Source: Gonapodya sp. JEL0774
Lineage: Eukaryota
Assembly (NCBI GenBank): GCA_027604505.1
Contig: JADIIX010000006.1
Coordinates: forward strand, 1-64,000
DNA length: 64,000 nucleotides
Direction of reading: 5' to 3'
Below are positions 53,313 to 64,000 of the stretch, in pieces. A program made the position numbers and the translations under genes. How positions within the stretch are numbered: the first letter of the stretch is position 1; the number at the start of each line of letters is the position of its first letter. The notes beneath the pieces are model-generated. The model saw nothing but the letters and a program-made list of their open reading frames with translations. It searched no databases and was not told where the DNA came from.

Positions 53313-53789
53313 ATGCGGGAATGAGTGGGGACTGTGGGGGAAGGGAGGGCATGGGGGTTTTGGAAATGAAATCCATTCTCCAAACAACACAAACATAAAA
53401 CAGAGATTTGTTGGTAAATAGTGGTATGGAATCATTTGAATAAACTAATGTTGTTGTGTGTGAGTTGTCGTGTCGCGAAGCGCAGGTGAAAAAGGATATT
53501 ACGCTCACCCCTCTTCCTATCACAAGTCCGTAAACTGTGTTAGAACTTAATTAATCTAGCATGAGGGGAATGACGGCTATGAGAATGAATTTTAGGGAAC
53601 TCGGCAGCAGTGAACGCCATACACCGTGAAGTTCAAGGGGATTTCGGATCTATGCGCTCAATGCGCTGACTTTGTGTGTTGTCTATGGTATGTCATATTG
53701 TGATCTGACTGAAATCATTTGGTCATGTGAAGCGGGGGGAAGAGCTCCTGTGCCCTGTCCCATCTTCTCGTTCGGGCGTTCGCAGCCGA

Positions 53790-56700
53790 ATGAATCCCCA
53801 CGGCTACGGCAACCACTGGCATACTTACGGCGGTAACGGTCGCCGCTCTAATGGCAACAGCGGCTCGGCCATGCTCCGCCGCGATCGAGACCGAGAAGAA
53901 GGTCGAACTCGCAACGTAGCCTATGCTGATTCGAATCCCAGCTCAGGTCGCGCAAACACGTCCGCGTTCATGCGATGCCCTGAGCCCCAACCTGGATCTG
54001 AGGTCGTACCTCTCCACTTCCACTCTTTGTCATCGCTCTTCTTTTACTGGTCAGCGTGGGTCAAGTCGCTGAATTCGTTGCCGCAGACCATGATCGCGTC
54101 GATGCAATCGAGAATTGCGAGGTTTTTTTCTCCACCGGCAGTGTTATATGCGGCTTCGAATGGAATGTGGGACGTTTATGGGGTTAATGTCCAAAGGGAC
54201 AAAGGCGACGGAGGGGACGGGCAAGCAGAGGCCTCGAAGGAGCGCAACAGCGATAGCGTCACAGCGACCTCCCCCGATGTTCCTATCCTCTACATTGGCA
54301 CCCCACTCCTCCACTCCGCTACGGCCTCCTCGTATGCTGCCCCCGGTCATACTCCAGATCCGTCACATACGGTTCCAAACGACCCATTTTCCCACACTCT
54401 CATCCCCAAGTACATCCTCGATGACGCTGGAGTGTTTGCTCTCCGTCACCAGCTTGAATCCTTCCTCTCACTCCCTTACGACTCCCATTTGATGATCGCG
54501 CTAGCACGTGCCGACTCTCCCACCACTTCTATCGACCCCGATCCATCCTCGTCCGTACCAGCCACCCTCCCTTGGACTTCTGTCCTTGTCATCTTGCCGT
54601 TCCCCAAATGGGACGCTGTCCAGTACCACAATGTCCACGCAGCCCCAATCCTGTATATCACTTCGCAACTTGCTCTCCACCCCTCTAACGCCGTGGATAC
54701 CTACTCTCTCCGCACCATCACCCGACGTGCGCTCACTATGGGCTTTGACGACGACATACCACTACCAGTGGATGCTCCGTGGGATGATACAGATCTGGTC
54801 ATTGCGGAAAGGACAATGGAGACGTGTCAAGCAGCCAATGGAAGGAGATCGATCGCAAAGAGTCTGCATACGGTGCAGGTGCCCGATGCAAATGATCCCG
54901 AAGCGGGCAATATTTTGAAGGGTTTGATTGAGCCAGGGACTTTCATCGTAGGCAGTTCAAAGAATCCATTGGTGAAGTCTTACGTGGGTTAATGGCTTTC
55001 CGCAATACTGCATGATAGTTTGCATGGGTCGCGATAGCGGCCAGATTCAAGTCTGACATGATTATTTGCTACCCTTTTCACCATTCTTCCCTCCTAATTC
55101 CTCAGCGGTCGGCCCACACCCTCCCCAACGAGCCGAAACTCCTTCCGTGCCCATCTTCTTCCCGTAGTATACGCGCCTCTCGGACAATTCTCTCTGCCCT
55201 CCACCTCACCTGTCCAGCCATAGTCCCCCCCCACACAATCGCAGCTTTGACGAGAAACCCACCAGACTCCCAAGCACGCCCCGCAGTTTTCTTAAGCGTG
55301 GATTTGGAGGCACATGATGTCCGGCAGGATAGAGTGATTGAAATGGGGTGGTCAGTATATAATGGGGAACCGGATCGTCAGGGTGACGAGAACGGAGGGC
55401 GAATTACCACCTGCCACGCTGTGATCCGAGAGCATGCTCATCGGCGAAACGGCAAGTGGGTGCGCGATGCCATGGGAGAGTTTCACTATGGCGAAGCCTC
55501 GCGCATTGACCGGAGTGAAGCGGATGGGTGGTATACGCACCCCGACCATCTCCCTCATGTTGCCCCCGACGAACTACAGAAGTGGAGAGAGAGGGGTACA
55601 ATGGTATTAGGGCTCGAAGAAGCGCTGGAAAGGTGTTTGAGAGATGTATCGGCGCTCGTTGGGGTGGAGGTTAGTGGGAAGTTGGTTGCTGTGGGCAAGC
55701 GGAGTATTGTGGCAACGGTTGGTACTCCAACTGCACTGGAGCAGCCATCCTCACCTGTCCAATCAACCGCCTCCGCCCTTTCCACATCCCATGGTCTCAT
55801 CTTCACGGTACCGAATCCAATGTTACTCCGGTCCTGCTTCCTTGTTGGTGCGGAGCCTCCGGCAGATTTTGCTTTCTTTCGCACCAACGGGATTGACTTA
55901 CCACAGATTTTAGCCGCTCATCCGGCGTTCACAACGTTTGATTGGAGGGTAATGAGTGGGTCAGGACTCGGTGGATCTGCTGTCATGAGGACCTTTGGGA
56001 GCGACGGCAGTGAGCGGATAGGCCGGGGTGAGGACGACAAGGAGCGAGGAGACGTGCCGGGTATGGACTTATCGGACCCTCTGCTGGAGTACGATTTGGG
56101 CGGCCCGGTATGGTGAGTTGAGATGGGTGCACTTTCCCACATGGACCACATCCTAAAATGCGATTTGCTGCTGCGTTTGTATGAAGGTACGATGTAAGTG
56201 ACCTGTGGCATAGTGTTAAAGGTACCAATTGGGGCAAGAAAGCGAGTCTCGAAAAGGTAGATATTCTTCGGATTGTAAATTTCTCAATGACTTTAACCCC
56301 TCGCAGATCCTCCATTCTCTCTCGATCCCCCCAACTGCTCTCCACAACGCCGGTAATGACGCGCACCTCACTCTCGCGGCGTTTTTACGTATGTTGGATG
56401 TTGCGCGCGCCGGAATGGCGGCGGAAGGCGAACGATGGGCGGATGGGTGGCGAGTGGAGTGGAACGACGTTCACGGGGGTGTGGCTGCAGTGGACGAGGC
56501 GGAGAAGAACAAGGAGGAAAGGGTGGCAGCAGTAATTGATAGAGATAAGGGGCTTATTGTGCAAGAGGACAAGGCTGGGTTGACCCATTTGCCGCCCGCC
56601 GAAGCTGTCGCAGCAGAGCTAATTCGGGCGCGGAGGACCCGGTTTGTGGCTGCTGTAGAAGCTGAAGAGGACTTGAGCCCCGCGGAGCCGTTGTGGCCCA

Positions 56701-56960
56701 AGCCCGAATGGTGCGCACCAGAGGGGACGGTGACTGGGTGGGATGCACCGTGGCCAGCTGCAGAAGAGGTTGAAACGGAAGAGGCTTCGAGGAGCGGCAG
56801 TGGTTGGGACCAGGAGGTGACGAATGATTGGGCGAGTGGGTGGCAGGTACGAGGAGAGGTGCAACCGATGGTTAAACCTTGGTGGGAAGGGAGAGGTCGA
56901 GGAAAAGGTAAAGGGAGTGGCGGGGCGGGGGCGGAATGGGGTGGCAAACGCTGGCATTAG
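53790..56960 (+). CDS. Gfd2/YDR514C/QIP-like DEDDh 3'-5' exonuclease with Trp-rich C-terminal tail
   Basis: ExoI FLSVDLEA..VIEMGWS, HAVIREH..RRNGKWV....FHYG, ExoII LVGAEPPAD, ExoIII LHNAGNDA; introns near 54984 and 56110-56306. Confidence 0.85.
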
Positions 56961-57139
56961 GGCGATTCATTTTTTCTACAATCATAATTTCTGAATTTTC
57001 ATGACGTAGTTCACTGTCAGTAAGAGTAAGAACATATTATCACTGGTTTTGAAAGTGTAGTTTGCGGGCCCAGCAATGTTTCACTGTTATTAGAATGAAG
57101 TCACCCCATCCCATATCCCCATTTCGGTCTCAGTTTCAC

Positions 57140-57916
57140 ATGCCCCTCCGCCCTGTTCGCCAACTATTCTCTCTTCCGAAAACTTTCGTGACAGCCCATA
57201 GAGCGCCGGGATCAACCTTCACACGAATTGGATCTTTCGTTCACGATCTCCCCTTCAGTCAAAATCATCGCCTAAGGGCACCTTTGACGATGCTGACAAC
57301 ATCACCCGGAAATTTTCGAAACTCTATGAGAACTGGAGTAATAAAGTCATCGCTTTCGACTGGGCGCGTCGGAATAAATTCGGAAGCAACCGGGGCAAAA
57401 GAAGGGAATGGTGGCAGCGGTGGAAGCGCTTCTGAAAGTAGCAGTAAGAGTTCTAATGGCGGGGGGCGGAGAGGACCTACGGACGCACCTCGTTTCTCAG
57501 GTGAATGGTGGCGGGAGTGGACAGTCGTATTCATCGTATTCGGGATCACTGGTTCTTCGAGCGTACAAGTGACGAAGCCAATAGTGAACGCCGTGGTAGG
57601 GGAAGGTGACTGTTATTCGTTTTTCGGGGAGTCTACGACTGGGCGTGTTTTTGAGTCCCTTCCAAACTTCAGGAAATTGGATGGATGGACCGTGGCTGTG
57701 GAGATTTGGGTACCTAGTAATGACAATGCCACTCTACTCAATGATTCGTAAGTGCCCGGTTTGAGTTTGAGTTCACCGTAGCTGGGATGATTGCTGCTCA
57801 TGCTCGAATCAGTTTTGGCAGTGGGGACACTCGCTGGTCGAGGTCCATACTTCAGGAGAGTTGTGCAGAGAATGTGGAGATGGGCGTTGCCAAAGGGACG
57901 GAACGGGTCCACCTGA
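57140..57916 (+). CDS. Small membrane protein, DUF6787-like, with organellar presequence-like N-terminus
   Basis: VFIVFGITGSSSVQVTKP|GNWMDGPWLWRFGYLVMTMPLYSMI|LLAVGTLAGRGPYF; family assignment from memory of the FAITGSSS motif. Confidence 0.6.
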
Positions 57917-58201
57917 CCTTTCTCATACATATTGAACCAATCCGACTATGCCCGCGCGTTTTGGATGCGTGCGGCGATTTGCAAGCGCTTCTTAATGTCA
58001 CATGTAATACAGAGAACCTAAGAGAAATCATTTATTTATTTGACTGGATGTCTGAGGGTTCCTCTTCCCAATTGCCGGCGGGTGTTGGTATCGGTCTTCG
58101 CAAGCGAAGCCAGGCCGATGTTCAACCACAACGAAGATTGCCATCTCCCATTCAAATCTGATCACCTTGTGTTTGCCAAATTTTGAAATTGTTATTAAGA
58201 C

Positions 58202-61200
58202 ATGGAATCGGGGCATGCGCGAACTGCGAGGTGAGTTGTGGCTTTTGCGGGACTGAAAGTTAGTGGCATTCTGAACAAATCTTCGTTTCCACTCGCTGGA
58301 ACCTCTGGCACTACTACTTGCTGGTACTCTGTTTGTAACTGGCTCTGAAGCAATCGGTCGCATAAGGAAACAGGCGCGGGAGGGATTCAGGAAAACCGAC
58401 TTCCACTTGTCGAAATCCCAGAGTCCCGACGAGGATCTGAGGATGTTGACGTGGAACCGTTTCCGTCTATATCACAATCCGCGGCGGCTGTCTCGTCTCC
58501 GAACTCCGTCACTCTTGTGCCGGGGCAACCACGCCTCTCTGTCTCCCGACCCGCCCGCGCACCTCTCAAAGCCCCAACTGGTCCGCCACCCTTGCCTCCA
58601 GGTGGACGCACACGATCTCGTGCGCCGTCAGCTGCATCTGGTTCACCCATGGTTCTCCCACAACATGTTATTACGGAAGACCCCACCTCCTCAGCTTACA
58701 GTGTTGGTAGCTTTAGCACGATTAGCAGCGAAGGGGACGAAGTCGAACCTGGGGACTTGTGTGATGTTGGAGCTGAGCACGATGGAGGACGAGAAGACCA
58801 CGAGCCATTGCACAATGACGAGGAGGACTTACTTGTACCGAGGATAGCTATCACCATCCAGCAGCCCTCTTCTGCGTACCCATTCTCTCCTTTGTCTGAC
58901 ACTACTGACTGTGACCAACCAGGTTCTTCCCCTCGTCCTTCCATCGTCTCCACGGCGTCGTCATTCGCATCCGCGATCGATAACGTCAAAGTATTGGTCC
59001 GGAAACGAGCAAGCACAATCAATCAACGGGGAGTGTCAATAGCCAGTGTATGTAATCCGCCGAAAGCGAAATTCAAGGAGCCGGTTCTCCGGATCGGCTC
59101 TCTCTACTTCTCCAAGATTGGCCGTCCGATCCTCGCAGATGGTCTCGTGGATTTGGACTTACTTTCTATTCTTGATTTGAACCCAGTGGATGGGGAGGTA
59201 TTTTCTGGGTATCTCACCAACTTCCAAGAAGACGGTAATACACCTTCGGGAACCTCTTCGGTTGAAGACGACCATGTACAGATTGCTCGTTTTACTCTGG
59301 GTCACTATGACGAATCCTCAGTTGCACCCGTTGGGATTGTAGATACCTCTCTTGTTGATTCGAATATTTCAAAGGTGACGGAGGCAGCAGGAGGAAAGCT
59401 GGTTGTAAAGAGTGCGACTCTACCTGGACTCATTTTGCTCTTAACTTCGGAGGGCACGCAAACTGATCTTGATTACGTCGTGGATTTCTTGCGAACGTAC
59501 CGTTACTTTTCAGATCCCGCAGATGTCGCAAGATTGCTTGTTACAAGGTATATCGAGTGCTCCGAGGGAATCCACGGGAGGGCACTGGCGCGAGCCGCTA
59601 CCGCGTCTGTCTCGAGTTTTGGGACGGGGAACACTGTAGTTGCGAGCAAAGAAACATTGCTTAATATTCGTGCGGACGCAGGAGACCCCAACGCATCCCG
59701 CTTGCGACACAGTACGGATTCTTCGAACGCCAGCTTTCCTGGGAACGGCCATCATGGCCGGCAGGCATCAAGTGGATCGACTTACGAAGACTTTCCGGCT
59801 GGATCTTTACGATGGCGTCGTCCATCGCTGTTATATGGTGGGGCATCATCCACGTCACTTCCACTTTCAACGTTGGTTTTGCACAGTGCCGACGGAAAGC
59901 GGGACGACGACTGGGATGCATTCATTCAACTCCGTGTGCTCAATGTTTTCAAAAAGTGGTTAGAGCTGCACCCAGAGGATTTTTTGAGATCCGCAACGCT
60001 TGCGGAGATCTTTCTTGCCTTTCTCGAACTTCATGTTGCCAAAGATCAAAAAAGAAGCTCATTTGCTGAGTCGCTAAGGAAGCGCTACGTGCAGCGAGTA
60101 ACTGAAGTTGCCAGTCGCTATAACTTGGTCGCTCAACCAGCAAGTGACGGAGGAGAACAGATTCAAAGATCTCCATTACCTTTGTCTCTTGTTACCGCAC
60201 CACCCCGTATCCAATCTCTCACCCTCCCACCTATACAACCCATGTCTCCATTATCGATGTCGTTCTCAGCAGCATCTGGAGAAACCTCAACTTCGGCGGT
60301 TTCCAACCTGCAATCTCACAACAAGTCACCTTCCGAGACCTCTGCCTCTGTATCGCCCACTACCGTATTCGAGAGCCCATCTCAATCTGATGCCATTGAA
60401 AAGAAGATTTTCTCTACTAATCGAAATTTCCTACCTCTCACTTTCCGTTCAATACTCGGGGACCCAATGGAAATGAAGCCTGGACGGTCCGCAAATGGTA
60501 CTGTTTCTGGGTTTCCAACTTCCCATAGTCTTGCGGACATGGATCCCGAGGATTTGGCAAAGCAATTGTGCCTGGTAGAGCAGCATCGCTTTGTCCAGGT
60601 GAGAACGGAGGAGCTTTTCGCTCAGCGGTGGAATGAGAAGGACAAGGAGAAGCGCGTAGCAGCTGCTCCTAATCTAACGGAGCTTATTGCATGGGTGAGT
60701 TGCAACGTGAAACTAGTTGCGGTAAATCATACAGACCAACTTAACGCCATCCTCAGTTCAACCACATTGCCTACGGATTCGCATCTGAAGTATGCCGCAC
60801 TCCCAAATTGAAACGCCGCGTCTCGTTACTCAAGAGGCTCATATTCTGCGCCCACAATTGTGTTAAGTTCAACAACTATAACAGTGCGTTTGAGATTGTG
60901 GCAGGTTTGAACTTGAGCAGTGTGACCAGGATGCAAAAGACCTGGGCAGCGTTGCCTAAAAAGTACACGGACGTTTGGTGAGTCTTCGATTGAAATTTGC
61001 AAGAATTTGTATCGAGCGGAGATCCCCGCACACCCAGGGCTTCCCTCAACAAGTTGATCTCGAACGAAGAAAATCATCGCGTATACCGTACATGTATACG
61101 TACTCTACGTGACAAACTTGGTCCAGATGCACCCTGCCTCCCATACCTCGGTGTCTTCCTTGCGGATCTTACATTTGCTGAAGACGGTAACCCCACATAC

Positions 61201-61416
61201 CTCACTGACTCGGACAGGGCTGCCGGCGTGGTGAACTTTGCAAAGTTCGCGCTCGTGAGCAGAATTATCGCGCAGGTTGAGCAATTTCAGAAAGTTTCGT
61301 ATGACTTCAAACCAGATGAGAAGCTGCAAAAATGGCTTAAGTACGATATGGTGGCGTTGGACAGTACAAAACTGTTCGAGGCTAGTAAAACGTCAGAGCC
61401 TAAGCAGGTCTCCTGA
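58202..61416 (+). CDS. Ras guanine nucleotide exchange factor (REM + CDC25 domains); start approximate
   Basis: VKSATLPGLILLL, DFLRTYRYF, RVLNVFKKWLELHPEDF, DLAKQLCL, FNNYNSAFEIVAGL, RMQKTW, PCLPYLGVFLADLTFAEDGNP, VNFAKF. Confidence 0.93.
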
Positions 61417-61547
61417 GTGGACGCTTTCATAGATATATAGGCATTTTTCGTTTATCAGTCAACTGCCCGCCATGTATATATTCATTTTGCTCCGGCAGAT
61501 CCCGTAACAGCAAATGCGTGGCTGCCCATGGCTACACATATCGCAGA

Positions 61548-63008
61548 CTATTTTGAGGGATATTCGTAGAAGCCGCGGCCAACCTTCTTGCCTGCAAAGG
61601 TTGAATAATGAACGGTCTTCGCGGGCGCCATTTCCACAGGATTTCCGGCGCAACCCACCTAGCCACCCAGCGTTGACGTAATTTACGAGCAAGGGGCACG
61701 GTCTGTACTTGGAGTCCCCGAGCTGAGAGTGGAGCACCCGCATGATTGCCAGACAAGTGTCCAGGCCAATAAAATCAGCCAGGGTAAGCGGGCCCATTGG
61801 TACATTGGTTCCCAGTTTCATGGTCGTGTCAATGTCTTCTTTCGTACCGACACCCTGGCAAAATAAAGGATCGGGGAGAAGGTATTGGTCGCGAGTCTTG
61901 GAGTTGCTTCAATACGACAGTGCTGTTCCTGAGCAACATCCTCACCTCCATCAGCACATAGCAGGCTTCATTTATATACGGCATCAGAATCCGATTTGCA
62001 ATGAACCCCGGGTAGTCATTACTCTGTGTAACAATTTTTCCCATTTCGGCGGCGAGCTGTCGTGTCACCGCCAGTGTATCAGACGAAGTGGCGATGCCTG
62101 GGATGATTTCAACGAGCTTCATGACCGGAACTGGGTTCATAAAGTGCATACCGATAACCTTGTGAGCGACAAGTACGGGTGGTTGAAGTGCAGAATGAGC
62201 GTATCAAAAGTGTTTGAGGCACCTCGTTTGGTCTTTTTGTGGAGCTTGCGATCTTGGTAATAGAGATGGAAGAGGTATTTGACGCTAGGATGACCCCGGC
62301 AGGAACTGTTTTGTCTAGATTCTCGAATATTTTAGCCTTGAGGTCTGGGTTTTCAGTAGCAGCCTATCAACAGAAATTATCGATATGGTTTAGACATTTT
62401 CAAAATGTGGCGACTGCAAGACATGGGAGTGAAGAAGCCTTTGCTCGAAAGAGTCTCCCATTCCGTCGCATTGGAGAGTTGGAGAGTAACAAGTGAGGGC
62501 TGGTCCAGCGCTCTGGCGTCCGACTCTTCGACGCACCTCGACAACAAAATCAACGTCCGCAAAAGAATCATTTGAAGTTGTTGTTTTTAAACGGCCCATG
62601 ATGGTGGGGATATCGGTCTCGGCAAGTCGACCTTTCGAAACTTCCTTAATCAAGAGGCCGTCTAGACATAACAACAAAAAACAGAGGAGTTCAGGACGCT
62701 TCACGTTGAGCTCCTTATTACATCGAAAGGATTCGGGGTCTTCCAGAAATTGCCCTGAGCAAGGACTCACTGATAAATTTCAGACCCCCATCAAGTTGTG
62801 ATTGCATCGTGTCCATGATCAAAACATCGCGCTTTGCAACTACAGCACTAACGTAAGCGATGCCAATACCCTAGGAAGCACGATTGTGGAGAGCAAAATC
62901 GGAGTTCTGAGATAATCACTTGCAAAGGTGGGAGGTGACGAAACGCACCATTTGACCAGCACCGACGACTCCTATTTTTTTGATATGGGTCGTAGAGATC
63001 GTAGACAT
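61548..63008 (-). CDS. 3-hydroxybutyryl/3-hydroxyacyl-CoA dehydrogenase
   Basis: [96 protein letters not shown]. Confidence 0.95.
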
Positions 63009-63485
63009 GCTAACGCGAGACGTTCTGAGGAACGGAAGCTGTGGAGATGTTCGAGTATTATCGAGGTAGGAAAAGTGATGGTACAGGACAAAGGTTTTCC
63101 GGCAATCGCGAGGATCGTAAAGGCAAAACTATCAAGACACAGTTGTTGATATCCGCGTCCCATGGTGCTTGGAATCGTCTGGTCTGGCGGAAATCTTCCA
63201 CAAACTGGCATCTTCATTGGCACAAATATTCACCTTCTGGCCTGAGATGAAGGCCCTCAGAGGGAGGAGGGAGGGCTGGCCAAGAAACACGGAGCAAGAA
63301 ACGATTGGGGACATTCAAATTTGTTCTGATTCCGCCAACTGAACTCTGTCAGAGTAGTTCAGTCCTCTGTTCTGATGGCCGGTGGACATGACATCCCTTG
63401 ACATGTCATTCATCTCCATACAAACTCAATTACATATAATCTTTGTGCGCATTAAGTGAGATGGTCAACAAATTTGAACAAACCA

Positions 63486-64000
63486 CTAGCCATCTGAATG
63501 GCTTTCCTCATCAAATATATACTGTCGATACCGCTGCTCTTGAACGTTCTTATGGAGAACTTTCTTTGTGTGTGGTGCCATTTCATCGTCGTCGACGAAA
63601 ATCTCAACCTCCCTAGATTTGACCACTCGCTCAACCTCGGTTGTTCTCTCAAATGGGTCTGGTGCTATCAGAGACTGATGTGGCGTATGCCACGACCCAC
63701 GAACTGCATTCTCCTCTGCCTGTCGAAGGAGCAATTGCTGCTGTTTAAACTCCTCCATAAACTCCACTTCACCTTCGTGGTCGTGCTATCGCATTGAATT
63801 GTATAGAAGAGATAGGTGAGAAACAAAAATCCCATAGCTGGAACCACAACGACTGTCACTCACGTCCTCTTGCTTCCTCAAAACTTCGGCCTGCCTTTCT
63901 TTCACAGCTGCTCTCTTCACTTCAGTTACTTCTAGTGCCACCTCCAGACACTCCCGATCCGGCGTGACTGGCCTGACTTCCTCCTCCTCCAGTTCCACGG
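63486..64000 (-). CDS. 3' part of a Glu-rich, coiled-coil-like hypothetical protein running out of the window
   Basis: Open frame ELEEEEVRPVTPDRECLE...RKQED, GTGAG donor, then terminal ORF ...EEFKQQQLLLRQAEEN...DEESHSDG. Confidence 0.5.

Overview
Gene-dense, intron-rich eukaryotic DNA. It is fungal by gene content (Zn(II)2Cys6 factor, PAN6, TVP18), and the many short GT/GC-AG introns and microexons suggest an early-diverging lineage (inference only). About 26 protein-coding genes can be reconstructed by manual splicing: PAN6 (partial), an unknown membrane protein, a Zn2Cys6 TF, two tandem TVP18 paralogues, a PPR protein, a sterol desaturase/fatty-acid hydroxylase, a DUF155 protein, DNA Pol eta, a Gcn4/CpcA-like bZIP, PEX3, an FAH-family protein, a GATA TF, a PCO/ADO thiol dioxygenase, a DEP-domain protein, POP4, a bacterial-type alpha/beta hydrolase, a HELLS/Irc5 remodeller, a mitochondrial carrier, DcpS, a SAM-like protein, a Gfd2/QIP-like DEDDh exonuclease, a DUF6787-like protein, a RasGEF, 3-hydroxybutyryl-CoA dehydrogenase and two hypotheticals. 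There are two 10-N assembly gaps. I saw no rRNA, tRNA, transposon or CRISPR. Best leads: (1) a QIP-like exonuclease with a GW/WG Argonaute-hook-like tail; (2) a PCO/ADO enzyme with a large insertion, near a uORF-bearing bZIP whose longest in-frame form starts Met-Cys (possible fungal Cys N-degron circuit); (3) a TM protein ending in an Atg8-interacting motif; (4) a bacterial-like hydrolase with 12 introns. Exon boundaries are manual, and family calls come from recalled motifs, not from database searches.
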